A DNA stretch of 64,000 bases from Christensenellaceae bacterium (GCA_022510765.1 JAFLSU010000001.1:70551-134550); one strand, 5' to 3'; counted from the first letter of the stretch, positions 43,007 to 52,979 are shown. Notes: generated by a model from the sequence alone, not told the origin. A program made the numbers and translations.

Positions 43007-43897
43007 ATGAATGATACCGAGCTGAAGTACATATTGGAACGAATCGATCCGAGCATTGAATGTCGCGTCACCTCATTTACAAGATTCAAGCATGAGGAGG
43101 ATGACGAGCTTTACGATGTTTGGAAGGTCGAAACGCCCGACGCAAGCTTCGTGCTGAAATGCGCTAATGAGTGCGAATTTGAAGCCTATAAAAGCTTTTT
43201 TGAGGCGAATCCCTGCTATGCGCCAAAGCTTTTTGGGACTACGGCGTATGATGGTAAAAGCTTTATCCTGATTGAATACATTGATGGCGAAAACCTTGTT
43301 CGCTGCCGTAGGGAATCCCTTCGAGCTGCGCTTGACGCACTCATCAAAATGCAGTCCGATTATTGGGAAAATGCTGAATTTGCATCATGCTGTCAATCCT
43401 TTGACAAGGCACTTGCACATTGCCAAAACCGAGCTAAGTATCTGTTCGATGCCGAATTGGAGAGAGTCTATGCGGAGTTTCTTCGCATCTATCAGGAAAT
43501 TCCCCGAACCCTTTGCCATAATGATCTATTGCCGTTCAACGTGATCGTGGAAAACGAAAAACGCGCTGCGTTCATCGATTGGGAGGTCTGCGGCATACTG
43601 CCCTACCCCGCCTCGCTTGCAAGATTGCTTGCGCACGGAGCGGATGATGGGAGCAGCATGTTCGAGATTGTAGGTTCCGATAGGGAGTTTGCAATCAGGC
43701 ACTACTATGATGGATTATTGGCGGAAAAAGGCATTGGTTATGAAGAATACAGGAGGACGCTTGCCTATTTCATGTTCTACGAATACTGCGAATGGGTGTA
43801 CGTTGGGAATAGGTTCGATGCGACCGATGGCGACAATTACAAACGCTATTTCAAGCTTGCGAAAGCCGCTGCGGAGCTGTTGCTGCAAAAAACTTGA
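43007..43897 (+). CDS. Phosphotransferase family protein (APH/ChoK fold)
   Basis: 296 aa with the catalytic loop LCHNDLLPFNVIV and FIDWEVCG (a DxE/D metal site). Confidence 0.7.
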   Translation: MNDTELKYILERIDPSIECRVTSFTRFKHEEDDELYDVWKVETPDASFVLKCANECEFEAYKSFFEANPCYAPKLFGTTAYDGKSFILIEYIDGENLVRCRRESLRAALDALIKMQSDYWENAEFASCCQSFDKALAHCQNRAKYLFDAELERVYAEFLRIYQEIPRTLCHNDLLPFNVIVENEKRAAFIDWEVCGILPYPASLARLLAHGADDGSSMFEIVGSDREFAIRHYYDGLLAEKGIGYEEYRRTLAYFMFYEYCEWVYVGNRFDATDGDNYKRYFKLAKAAAELLLQKT

Positions 43898-43925
43898 TTA
43901 GAAAAAATGTGCGGAGGAATTGAAA

Positions 43926-44558
43926 ATGGACGGTAAAACCATATGGTCTGTTGCGAGTGCCATTATAGTCAGCCTCGGCGGTGCGGGTGTGATAATAAGC
44001 GCAGTGCTGGGCTTTACGTTTCGCTTTGTCGTAAACCGCATGGAAAAGAATTATCAGCAGCGACAGTCCAAGGAGCTTGAAAAATATCGCTATTTGCTTG
44101 AAAACCACCGATATATCACCAAATCTCAATACGACAGAGAGTTTGAGATCTATCGATTGCTATCCAAGCATTTCTTCATGCTGCTTGTTGTGCTTTACAC
44201 CTTCACATCCGAATACATAGATTGTAAAATACCCGGTACAAGCACCGAACTGGATGAAAAAACTGCGGAATTTCAGCATTTAGCAAAGGTCTTGACCGAT
44301 GCTCAGAGTGTGCTTTATGAAAACGCTCCGTTCATCCCGCAAAACATTTTTACACAATATGTTGATATATATTGGAAATCAAATGAATTGTTCTGGGTCT
44401 ATAATAACCGAATTAAGGACTGGTCGCTTGGCAAAATAGGAAGGGACGACCTTGTGACTGAGGAGGAGCAAAGCAAGTTTTCCGAAATTGAAAAGGAAGC
44501 GGAAGCTTTGACCATCGAGCTCCGAAATTATCTTTCCTCTTTGGCGGTTGCAGAATAG
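43926..44558 (+). CDS. Hypothetical membrane-anchored protein
   Basis: GGAGGA lies 7 nt before the ATG. It has a single N-terminal TM helix (VASAIIVSLGGAGVIISAVLGF) and I recognised no domain. The stretch is locally AT-rich. Confidence 0.5.
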   Translation: MDGKTIWSVASAIIVSLGGAGVIISAVLGFTFRFVVNRMEKNYQQRQSKELEKYRYLLENHRYITKSQYDREFEIYRLLSKHFFMLLVVLYTFTSEYIDCKIPGTSTELDEKTAEFQHLAKVLTDAQSVLYENAPFIPQNIFTQYVDIYWKSNELFWVYNNRIKDWSLGKIGRDDLVTEEEQSKFSEIEKEAEALTIELRNYLSSLAVAE

Positions 44559-44648
44559 GATCTCGTTTTTACAAATAATAAATTTGTTTATCAAGCTCAG
44601 GCAGCGAAGCTGTTAAGCTTAGACCATCAAACGTACCAACGATGCTTT

Positions 44649-45365
44649 TTAATCCAGAATATAGGTATCGTAGGAATCCTCATCGCGGGTACAGAAAAAA
44701 GCCTTTAATTCCATCGCGGACGGGTCACAATCATCGCACTCAAAAGCAATGCTATCATATCGGGTCAACATCCGTGAAAGTAGTGCCTGCGCAAAGCTGT
44801 GAAAATCAGATTGACTGACCGTACCCACATAAGCTATCTCATTCCCCTCGGTGAAAGCAAAGTGAACGATTTCGCCATTCTCCTCTCGAAGCAGTACCGT
44901 GCCAGGCAGAGTGTTGTAGAACTGTTCCTTGCTTGCCGTTAATGGACTGACCGCTTCATGGGTTTTAACATAGCTATTATAAAGTAATTCACAGCATACC
45001 CGGTAGGCTGTATCGCTCGGCAGAATCTCGGTCAATAGAACATCTTCTTTTACAGAAGTTTTAAGTTCCGCAGCCGTTACTTCCATTTCATAGCACCGAC
45101 GCTTGCGCTCAAAGCCGCCGGAAGTCAAAAAAGCACATTTCTCCTCATCCCGCGAATGGAGCATTGCCTGTAATGGACAGGCAAGTTCTCCGCTCAGCAG
45201 CTCAAAAAGCTCCCTTGCGATTGCGGGATCATACTGCTCAAGGTTCAAATCCAAATAACAATTCTGTGCATGAAAGGGATTGCGGCGAACTGAAATGCAG
45301 CCGATCCTTACACCCGAATTAAAAAACTCATAACTGTGGCCAAGCTGACGCACTATGGATACCAT
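44649..45365 (-). CDS. Hypothetical protein, possibly an acyl-CoA N-acyltransferase (GNAT-like) fold
   Basis: 238 aa. The only hints are GNAT-like strand/helix endings (..AFLTSGGFERKRRCYEMEV.. and ..ECDDCDPSAMELKAFF..). It is co-directional with the SDR and AOS genes. Confidence 0.35.
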   Translation of the reverse strand: MVSIVRQLGHSYEFFNSGVRIGCISVRRNPFHAQNCYLDLNLEQYDPAIARELFELLSGELACPLQAMLHSRDEEKCAFLTSGGFERKRRCYEMEVTAAELKTSVKEDVLLTEILPSDTAYRVCCELLYNSYVKTHEAVSPLTASKEQFYNTLPGTVLLREENGEIVHFAFTEGNEIAYVGTVSQSDFHSFAQALLSRMLTRYDSIAFECDDCDPSAMELKAFFCTRDEDSYDTYILD

Positions 45366-45425
45366 CGGAAGTCCTCCGTTATCAAGAAAGCTCCATTGCT
45401 CTCATCAAATCTATTAAGGAAGGCA

Positions 45426-46220
45426 TCAGCCGTTTGCGTACATTTTGCCAACTATCCAGTTGGAAAGCCTGCTTGGAAGGATTTTCCCAAGCAAACAGCA
45501 CGCGCTGTACTGAATTCCAACGGAGCTAACGGGCTTCGGATTCTTTTGCTTTGAAAGGGCGTACATACGTTTAGCGATCGCAATGGGGGGCATTCCGTTT
45601 CGCTCGTCATGCTCCATCGTGGCAACGGATTTTTGGAGTGCGGAATAACTGTCCGCGCCCTGATCGCTCTTTATTCTTGCATCGGTAAAGCCCGTCTTTA
45701 TATCCCCGGGGAGCACGGCGGCAACCTTTACCCCATACGACCGAACCTCGTTCGCAAGCGCAAGCACTAAGGAATTGAGTGCGGCCTTGGTTGCGGAATA
45801 GTAGGCTTGGAACGGTATTGCAAGCGCACCCGCGACGGAGCTTGTGACTATGATGTGCCCCCTTCCCCGCTCACGCATATGCGGCAGCGCAGCCTTTATG
45901 CAGTTCATCGTGCCGAACACGTTGACATCGAATTGCTTTTTAGCGTCGCTCATTTCGGTGAACTCCACCGCGCCGGAGATCCCGAAGCCCGCGTTGCAGA
46001 TGAGCACATCGATTTTGCCTTCTTTGAGCACTATGGAATCGATGGCATTCTGGACGGCGGATTCGCTTGTAATGTCGGCTGTCAGGCTCCTGACACCGCT
46101 TTCGGGACAGGTTCGTCTGCTGATGCCGAAGACGATGTCTCCCTTATCTTTGAAAAATTTTGCGGCAGCAAGTCCAATTCCGCTCGATGCGCCTGTAATG
46201 ACCGTAACCCTTTTATTCAT
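45426..46220 (-). CDS. Short-chain dehydrogenase/reductase (classical SDR)
   Basis: 264 aa with TGASSGIG, NAG and the catalytic S...YSATK. Confidence 0.9.
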   Translation of the reverse strand: MNKRVTVITGASSGIGLAAAKFFKDKGDIVFGISRRTCPESGVRSLTADITSESAVQNAIDSIVLKEGKIDVLICNAGFGISGAVEFTEMSDAKKQFDVNVFGTMNCIKAALPHMRERGRGHIIVTSSVAGALAIPFQAYYSATKAALNSLVLALANEVRSYGVKVAAVLPGDIKTGFTDARIKSDQGADSYSALQKSVATMEHDERNGMPPIAIAKRMYALSKQKNPKPVSSVGIQYSACCLLGKILPSRLSNWIVGKMYANG

Positions 46221-46247
46221 ACGCCTTTTCCGATTTGCTCGACCAAG

Positions 46248-47417
46248 CTATTCTTCCGATACTATTCTCTTTATAATATCCATCGCCTCATCCAAAAGCT
46301 CCGTGGTGAGATTTGCCATATAGCTTGTTCGGAGCAGGCACTCTCCCGGAGGCGTAGCCGGCGGAAGCACCGGGTTTACATATACGCCCGCGTCATAAAG
46401 CTCCTTGGCCTTACGCAGGGTGCGCATTTGATCATATGTGTAGATGGGTATTATAGGGGTGATGCTGTCACGGATCTTTACGCCCCGCGCACGAAGTCCA
46501 TCTCGCATATATGCAGCAAGCGACATCAGCTTTTCGGGCAGCTCTGGATTATCGCGCAGAATATGGAGCGCTTCTATCGCCGTTGCGCAGTTTGCTGGCG
46601 GTATCGAAGCACAGAAAATGAACGGGCGGGAGCTGTGTCGAACATAGTTCACGACCCTTTCATCGCCCGCCATGTAGCCGCCGAGGGAAGCCAGGGATTT
46701 GCTGAAGGTTCCCATGATTATATCGACCTTGTCGGTAAGTCCGAAATAATCCGCAGTTCCCCTGCCGCCTCTTCCGAGTACGCCGAGACCGTGCGCATCG
46801 TCAACCATGACCCTCGCCTTGTACTTTTCCGCTAGCGCAACTATCTCGGGGAGCTTACAAATGTCGCCGCTCATGCTGAAAACGCCGTCGGTAACGATGA
46901 GTTTGCCCGAATCAATGGGGACGCTGGCAAGTGCGGTCTCAAGCTGTTCCATATCGCTGTGGTTATAGCGGATGGTCTTTGCGTAGCTCAGCTTGCAACC
47001 GTCATAGATGCTTGCATGATTTTCCTTATCGCAGAAAATATAATCGCCCCTGCCCGCGATCGCGCTGATGATGCCAAGGTTGCTTTGGAAACCCGTAGAG
47101 AACGTCATAACTGCTTCCTTTTCAAGGAATTCCGCAAGCTCTGCTTCGAGCTGAATATGCATATCGAGCGTTCCGTTCAAGAAGCGGGAACCGGAGCAGC
47201 CCGAGCCGTATTTTTCGATCGCGCGAACGCCAGCTTCAATGACTCTGGGATCGGACGTAAGTCCAAGGTAATTGTTCGAGCCGAGCATGATGCGCCGCAT
47301 ACCCTCCATGACGACCTCAGGCCCCTGCCGTGATTCCAACTGATGAAAATAAGGATAGATGTCCTGCGCCTTCGCCGCTTCGACGAGCTCCACCCTGCAT
47401 TTTTCAAATAAATCCAT
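46248..47417 (-). CDS. Alpha-oxoamine synthase family PLP enzyme, most similar in pattern to serine palmitoyltransferase
   Basis: The start is at MDLFEK (TGGAGA RBS). It contains SNNYLGL, DDAHGLG and the PLP-lysine GTFSKSL. The C-terminal YVNPVLPPATPPGECLLRTSYMANLT resembles the Sphingomonas SPT sequence YVNMARPPATPAGTFLLRCSL more than E. coli Kbl or BioF, from my recollection of those sequences. Confidence 0.85.
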   Translation of the reverse strand: MDLFEKCRVELVEAAKAQDIYPYFHQLESRQGPEVVMEGMRRIMLGSNNYLGLTSDPRVIEAGVRAIEKYGSGCSGSRFLNGTLDMHIQLEAELAEFLEKEAVMTFSTGFQSNLGIISAIAGRGDYIFCDKENHASIYDGCKLSYAKTIRYNHSDMEQLETALASVPIDSGKLIVTDGVFSMSGDICKLPEIVALAEKYKARVMVDDAHGLGVLGRGGRGTADYFGLTDKVDIIMGTFSKSLASLGGYMAGDERVVNYVRHSSRPFIFCASIPPANCATAIEALHILRDNPELPEKLMSLAAYMRDGLRARGVKIRDSITPIIPIYTYDQMRTLRKAKELYDAGVYVNPVLPPATPPGECLLRTSYMANLTTELLDEAMDIIKRIVSEE

Positions 47418-47632
47418 ATAAATCTCCAAATAAACAAACTGTTAACCATGTTAACTGAGTATATAAAAATTTTAATATTTTTTTGCAAAGATGTCAAGCC
47501 ATGGAAGTCGTAATTGGGAATTCACTGCAACTTATATATCACCGAATAACGCCTCATTCACTTGCCACCTTAGGCGCAATATAGTAAAATATGGGATGAA
47601 CGAAGAAAAACTCTTTCGGAGGTAAAAATATT

Positions 47633-48541
47633 ATGGCAATCACTTCCTTTGATGAACTCGTCGCAAAGGTAAAATCCGGCAAAAAGCCCACCGTTGCGCT
47701 CGTATGCGCAAACGACGCTCACGCGCTCGAAGCAGTTATCCACGCTAAGGATTTGGTAAACTCCATCCTTGTTGTTGAAGGCGATAAGGTCGATGAACTC
47801 AACGGTATTCTCACCTCTCTCGGGCAGGATCCCGCAGATTTCGAAATCGAGATCGTTCCCGAGGGGATGCACCCCAGCGTATGCGCCGCACAGCTCATTC
47901 ATGCGGGCAGAGCAAACTTCCTTATGAAGGGCAAGATCATGACCGGCAATCTCCTCAAGGGCGTACTCGCTCCCGAGGCCGAGCTGCGGACGGGCTCGCT
48001 TATGAGCCACGTCATGCTGTTTGAGGTTCCAGGATACCATAAGCTCCTCTGCGTCACCGACGGCGGCATGTGCACCTACCCCGACCTCGAGAAGAAGGCG
48101 GGCATCGTTAGGAATGCTGTTGACTTCTTCCACAAGATCGGTATCGAAAAGCCCAATGTTGCAGCCCTTTGCGCGATAGAGACCATCAACCCCAAGATGC
48201 AGGAAACCGTCGACGCGGCTGAGCTTAAGCGTATGAGCCTTGAAGGTGAACTCGAAGGCTGCTACGTTGAAGGCCCCATAAGCTACGACCTTGCGATGGT
48301 GCCTGAGCTTTCAGCCGTCAAGGGCTATACTGCATGCCCCTGCTGCGGCGATTTTGACATCCTGCTCGTTCCAGAAATTGTTGTTGGCAACGTCCTCGGT
48401 AAATGCCTTACCTACACCTGCGGCGGCCGCATGGCAGGTCTTATCATGGGTTGCAAGGTTCCGATCGTCCTCACCAGCCGTGGCTCCAGCGCCGAAGAAA
48501 AGTATTATAGTCTCGCAATGGGCGCGGGCTTCGTGAGCTAA
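47633..48541 (+). CDS. ptb: Phosphate butyryltransferase
   Basis: 302 aa of the phosphate acetyl/butyryltransferase family, immediately upstream of butyrate kinase, with a GGAGG RBS. Confidence 0.85.
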   Translation: MAITSFDELVAKVKSGKKPTVALVCANDAHALEAVIHAKDLVNSILVVEGDKVDELNGILTSLGQDPADFEIEIVPEGMHPSVCAAQLIHAGRANFLMKGKIMTGNLLKGVLAPEAELRTGSLMSHVMLFEVPGYHKLLCVTDGGMCTYPDLEKKAGIVRNAVDFFHKIGIEKPNVAALCAIETINPKMQETVDAAELKRMSLEGELEGCYVEGPISYDLAMVPELSAVKGYTACPCCGDFDILLVPEIVVGNVLGKCLTYTCGGRMAGLIMGCKVPIVLTSRGSSAEEKYYSLAMGAGFVS

Positions 48542-48577
48542 AACGCACGGCATAAAAATCGATACAGGATAGTATTT

Positions 48578-49651
48578 ATGGAAAGAATTCTTGTTATAAA
48601 CCCAGGCTCGACTTCTACTAAGATCGCCGTGTTTGACGACGATAAGCAGATCATGTCCTTAACCATCCGTCATCCGCTCGATGAGGTGAAAGCTTTCACT
48701 TGGGTCATGGATCAGTTTGATTACCGCATGGGCCATATCGAAAAGGCACTTTCGGATAACGGCATCGATAAATCCAGCCTTACCTGCGTTATGGCGCGCG
48801 GCGGTCTTCTACCCCCCGTTCCGTCGGGTGCATTCACGGTCAATCAGGATATGATAGACTACTTTTATGCGGCCAAGGTCAATGTGCATATATCGAACCT
48901 TGCCTGCGTGCTTGCTGATGCGATTGCAAGACCCCTCGGCATCCCCGCCATGGTTTACGACCCGGTTGCGGTCGATGAACTTGAGGATGTCGCGAGAATC
49001 ACGGGCATGCCCGAAATTCCCAAGGCCAGCCGTGGTCATGTGCTGAACAGCAGAGCCATGGCAAGAAAGTGCGCAGAGGAGATACTCGGAAAGCGTTTGG
49101 AGGACTGCACCATCATCGTGGACCACATCGGCGGGGGCTGCTCGACTTGGCTCGTACACAAAGGGCGCTGCATCGACTGCTACAGCGATGATGACGCGGG
49201 CTTTGCGCCCGAGCGCTGCGGCAGGGTTCAGGCGATGGATTTTGCGATGCTCTGCTACAGCGGTAAGTTCACCAAGGATGAGATGAGCCGCTATATTCGC
49301 GGTAAATCAGGACTGTCCGCCCTGCTCGGCACCAGCGATGCGCTCGAGGTTGAGCGGATGATCGAAAGCGGTGACGAACACGCAAAACTCGTTTATGAAG
49401 CGATGGCTCGCAGCCACGCTAAGGGCATTGCGGATCTCGCAAGCGTCGTATGCGGTAAGGTCGATAGGATCGTTATCACCGGCGGCCTTGCCAACAGCAA
49501 GCTTTTGATGGATCTCATCCGTCCCCATGTGGACTGGATTGCACCCATGGAAGTCATGGCGGGCGAATTCGAGATGGAAGCGCTTGCTGCCGGCGGCCTT
49601 CGCGTTCTAAGAGGCGAAGAGAAGCCGCATGAGTTTCATTGGAATAGATAA
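48578..49651 (+). CDS. buk: Butyrate kinase
   Basis: 357 aa. MERILVINPGSTSTKIAVF is the ASKHA N-terminus typical of Buk, with ..HIGGG.. and ..ITGGLA... Confidence 0.9.
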   Translation: MERILVINPGSTSTKIAVFDDDKQIMSLTIRHPLDEVKAFTWVMDQFDYRMGHIEKALSDNGIDKSSLTCVMARGGLLPPVPSGAFTVNQDMIDYFYAAKVNVHISNLACVLADAIARPLGIPAMVYDPVAVDELEDVARITGMPEIPKASRGHVLNSRAMARKCAEEILGKRLEDCTIIVDHIGGGCSTWLVHKGRCIDCYSDDDAGFAPERCGRVQAMDFAMLCYSGKFTKDEMSRYIRGKSGLSALLGTSDALEVERMIESGDEHAKLVYEAMARSHAKGIADLASVVCGKVDRIVITGGLANSKLLMDLIRPHVDWIAPMEVMAGEFEMEALAAGGLRVLRGEEKPHEFHWNR

Positions 49652-49721
49652 GTAATGATAGTTGTATTGTCTCCGAACACTCGGGAATAATATAATGAAA
49701 ATAGTTTTTTAGGAGATCATT

Positions 49722-50027
49722 ATGGAAATTGAACTGACCAACCAAAATTTCGATACCGAGATAAATAAGGACACTCCCATCCTCGTAGATTTCTGGGCAA
49801 GCTGGTGCGGACCGTGCCGTATGCTTGCGGGAACTATCGAGCAGCTTGCAAACGAAAGCGACGGAAGCTACCGCGTTGGCAAGGTCAATGTGGATGAGCA
49901 GCCCGACTTAGCAAAGCGCTTCGGCGTTATGAGCATTCCGACCCTCATCGTATTTAAAAACGGCAAAGAGATCAACAAATCCGTTGGCGTTAAGCCCAAG
50001 GGTGCTATCCTCCAGATGCTTAAGTGA
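49722..50027 (+). CDS. trxA: Thioredoxin
   Basis: 101 aa with the WCGPC active site. Confidence 0.95.
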   Translation: MEIELTNQNFDTEINKDTPILVDFWASWCGPCRMLAGTIEQLANESDGSYRVGKVNVDEQPDLAKRFGVMSIPTLIVFKNGKEINKSVGVKPKGAILQMLK

Positions 50028-50054
50028 GCCGTCTGAACATTTAATGAGTTAATT

Positions 50055-50095
50055 GGGCGTGAAAAACAGTTTTCGCGCCCTTATTAAGTTTTATT
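50055..50095 (+). terminator. Intrinsic terminator after trxA
   Basis: The hairpin GGGCGTGAAAA-ACAG-TTTTCGCGCCC (50055-50080) is followed by TTATTAAGTTTTATTT. Confidence 0.65.
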
Positions 50096-50391
50096 TAAAT
50101 TCAGGTTTTAATTCGAATCTTCCCATTTCACCTCGCCTTACACACGCTCTGCCTTGTATACTTTCACCGACCGCGCATACGAAAGTAACGAATACATTAT
50201 ACTCTAAATCCGAACCGTTTCATTTTATCGATCAGCATGTTATAATGTAGTCATCTGCCGTGTGTGGAAGTGTCACAATTGACGCTGCGGCATATTATGT
50301 AAGTATACCAATGCCGATTTCATTGACAATCATTGAAATCGGCCGTGTATCCGATGACTATCAACTGCATCGATTTTGAAAGGGCAGGGCT

Positions 50392-51534
50392 ATGAATAAA
50401 AGAATTCTGCTGACGGGCGGCGGCTCGGCCGGGCATGTTACGCCGAACGTTGCATTACTCCCCGACCTTCGCAAGGAGGGCTTTGAGCTACACTATATTG
50501 GCATGGCCGACAGCATAGAGCAGCAGCTGATGGCGGAGCAGAAGGATGTTACTTTCCATACCATCGAATCGGGTAAGTTCCGCCGCTATTTTTCCATTAA
50601 GAATCTGACCGATCCGTTCAAGGTGCTGAAAGGTATTTCTCAGGCAAAGCGCATTATAAACAATGTCAATCCCAACGTGGTATTTTCCAAGGGCGGATTT
50701 GTCAGCGTCCCCGTCGTGATCGCGGCAAAGGGCAAATGCCCCGTCATCTGCCACGAATCCGACTACACTCCGGGGCTTGCGAACAGAATCGCAGGCAGGT
50801 TTGCGGATAAAATATGCGTAACATTTGAGGATACGCTTAAATGCAGCGGAAAAAAGTCCTATGAAGGAACGGATAAAAAGTCCCACAGTAAAACACGCAA
50901 AAAGCCGCACGGCGCACAGATGGTGCACACCGGAACCCCGATACGGCGCGAGCTGTTTAAAGGCGACCGCCGGCGCGGTCTTGACTTTTTGGGCTTTGAC
51001 GGCGAAAAACCCGTCATTCTCGTCATGGGTGGCAGCCTTGGCGCAGTCGCTCTGAACGATGGAATACGCGGCGCACTCGGCAGGCTTACCAAGCAATTTG
51101 ACATCGTACACCTCTGCGGCAAAGGCAAGGTCGATGAGAGCATCAGTATGCAAGGTTATCGGCAGTACGAATACATCGGCAAGGAGCTGCCCGACCTACT
51201 TGCTGCAACCACGCTCGTCGTCAGCAGGGCGGGTGCAAATGCGGTATTCGAGTTTTTGGCACTCGGAAAACCCGCCTTGCTCGTACCCCTTCCCTTGGAG
51301 GCCAGCCGGGGCGACCAGATACTCAATGCGGAATACGTCCGCAAAAAGGGCTATGCGATGGTGCTTCCTCAGGAGGAGATAACCCCCGAGGTGCTTTTCG
51401 ACAGGATAATGGAGCTGTACCTGAATCGGGATGCAATGATTGAAAGGATGCGTCTCGATCCGACGCTGGACGGCACCAAGGAAGTGCTTTCCGTCATACG
51501 CGAGTCCATTAGTGCATCCGAGCAGAACATATAG
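50392..51534 (+). CDS. murG: UDP-N-acetylglucosamine--N-acetylmuramyl-(pentapeptide) pyrophosphoryl-undecaprenol GlcNAc transferase
   Basis: 380 aa with the G-loop LLTGGGSAGHVTPN and the C-terminal donor-binding ..SRAGANAVFEF...P.....QILNA... It contains a Lys-rich insertion of about 25 aa. Confidence 0.9.
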   Translation: MNKRILLTGGGSAGHVTPNVALLPDLRKEGFELHYIGMADSIEQQLMAEQKDVTFHTIESGKFRRYFSIKNLTDPFKVLKGISQAKRIINNVNPNVVFSKGGFVSVPVVIAAKGKCPVICHESDYTPGLANRIAGRFADKICVTFEDTLKCSGKKSYEGTDKKSHSKTRKKPHGAQMVHTGTPIRRELFKGDRRRGLDFLGFDGEKPVILVMGGSLGAVALNDGIRGALGRLTKQFDIVHLCGKGKVDESISMQGYRQYEYIGKELPDLLAATTLVVSRAGANAVFEFLALGKPALLVPLPLEASRGDQILNAEYVRKKGYAMVLPQEEITPEVLFDRIMELYLNRDAMIERMRLDPTLDGTKEVLSVIRESISASEQNI

Positions 51535-51635
51535 GCAGTGGGATCGAGGCTCATCACGGGAGTTAAAGCAATATGCTCATTACGATGCGGATTCATTAAT
51601 GCACGGCTTGAACATATAAATTATGTGGAGTTGCG

Positions 51636-52844
51636 ATGCTGACACTACTGTCCAAAATTTTTATAAGGAATCGAACCGATTATGAAAAACCCGCCGTGAG
51701 GAGCGCGTACGGTGCGCTCTGCGGCGGCTTCGGTATTTTCTTGAATCTGCTGCTTTTTGCGGGAAAGCTTGCAGCGGGCATGTTAGCAAAATCCGTTGCC
51801 ATCACCGCAGATGCGTTCAATAACCTTTCGGACGCGGGGAGCTCCGTGATCACCCTGCTGGGTTTCAAGCTTGCCGGGCAGAAGCCTGATCCAGAGCATC
51901 CGTTCGGCCACGGTAGGATAGAATATATCTCCGGGCTGCTGGTTTCCGCAGCGATAATCCTCATGGGGTTTGAGCTGCTCAAAAGCTCCATAGACAAGAT
52001 ACTGAATCCCGCACAGATAGAATTCTCGCCCACGGTCATCGTGATCCTTGCCGTGTCAGTGTTCATAAAGCTCTACATGGCGGTTTACAACCGAAAGATT
52101 GGGAGAAAGATATCCTCCGCCGCCCTGCTCGCGGCCTCAACCGATTCGCTTTCGGACAGCGTTGCAACAAGCGTGGTGCTTGTTTCCACCGTTGTTTCGC
52201 AAGTCCTGCCCTCGGGCACGCTGGACAAAATCAGCTTTGACGGCTGGTGCGGACTGCTCGTTTCCATGTTCGTGCTGTATTCGGGAATCATGTCCATTAA
52301 GGATACCGTTTCCCCGCTGCTCGGGCAGACGCCGAACGCAGAATTCGTTAAAAGGATCGAACGGATAGTGCTTTCCTATGATGGGATCACTGCGGTTCAT
52401 GATCTTATAGTGCATGATTACGGCCCCGAACGCGTGATCATCTCGCTTCATGCGGAGATGCCTACCACCGAGCATTCCGATATTTTTAAGATGCATGACA
52501 TTGTAAACAGCGCGGAAAATCAGCTTCGCGATGAGCTTGGCTGTGACGCTACGATACATCTCGACCCGATAGTGATAGGCGATACGCATACGGATGAGCT
52601 TAAAGCCCAAACACTCGAATTACTTAATGAAATTGATTCGGAGCTGACTCTGCACGATTTCCGAATCTCCCCCACCCCTACGCATACGAAACTCATATTT
52701 GACGTGGTCGTGCCGTATGATTTCCGCCTTTCCGACGAACAGGTGCGAGCTCGTATCTGCGATGCTGTCAGCTCAATATCCATCCGAAACGATGAAGTCA
52801 AAAAATATAGCGCCACAATCACCATAGACCGTCCATACAGTTGA
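51636..52844 (+). CDS. Cation diffusion facilitator family transporter
   Basis: 402 aa and 6 TM helices. The metal-site motifs are DAFNNLSD (TM2) and STDSLSD (TM5), followed by a C-terminal cytoplasmic domain. Confidence 0.9.
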   Translation: MLTLLSKIFIRNRTDYEKPAVRSAYGALCGGFGIFLNLLLFAGKLAAGMLAKSVAITADAFNNLSDAGSSVITLLGFKLAGQKPDPEHPFGHGRIEYISGLLVSAAIILMGFELLKSSIDKILNPAQIEFSPTVIVILAVSVFIKLYMAVYNRKIGRKISSAALLAASTDSLSDSVATSVVLVSTVVSQVLPSGTLDKISFDGWCGLLVSMFVLYSGIMSIKDTVSPLLGQTPNAEFVKRIERIVLSYDGITAVHDLIVHDYGPERVIISLHAEMPTTEHSDIFKMHDIVNSAENQLRDELGCDATIHLDPIVIGDTHTDELKAQTLELLNEIDSELTLHDFRISPTPTHTKLIFDVVVPYDFRLSDEQVRARICDAVSSISIRNDEVKKYSATITIDRPYS

Positions 52845-52979
52845 TTTCAAATACATATTTAATGGGTTTTCGATCAATTTATGTTATACTGTTAAAATCA
52901 ATGCGCTTATGATATAATTGACAGGTTAAAGATGGGTTTTCTTTAACCTGTTTATGATTAACATGCGAGAGGTGGAATT

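Noticed and set aside
50313-50343. The 10-bp-stem hairpin GCCGATTTCA/TGAAATCGGC, with TTGACA in its loop, about 50 nt upstream of murG.
   Set aside because: It is a single hairpin with no T-tract, no partner -10 element at proper spacing and no second copy. That is insufficient to call a terminator, promoter or riboswitch.
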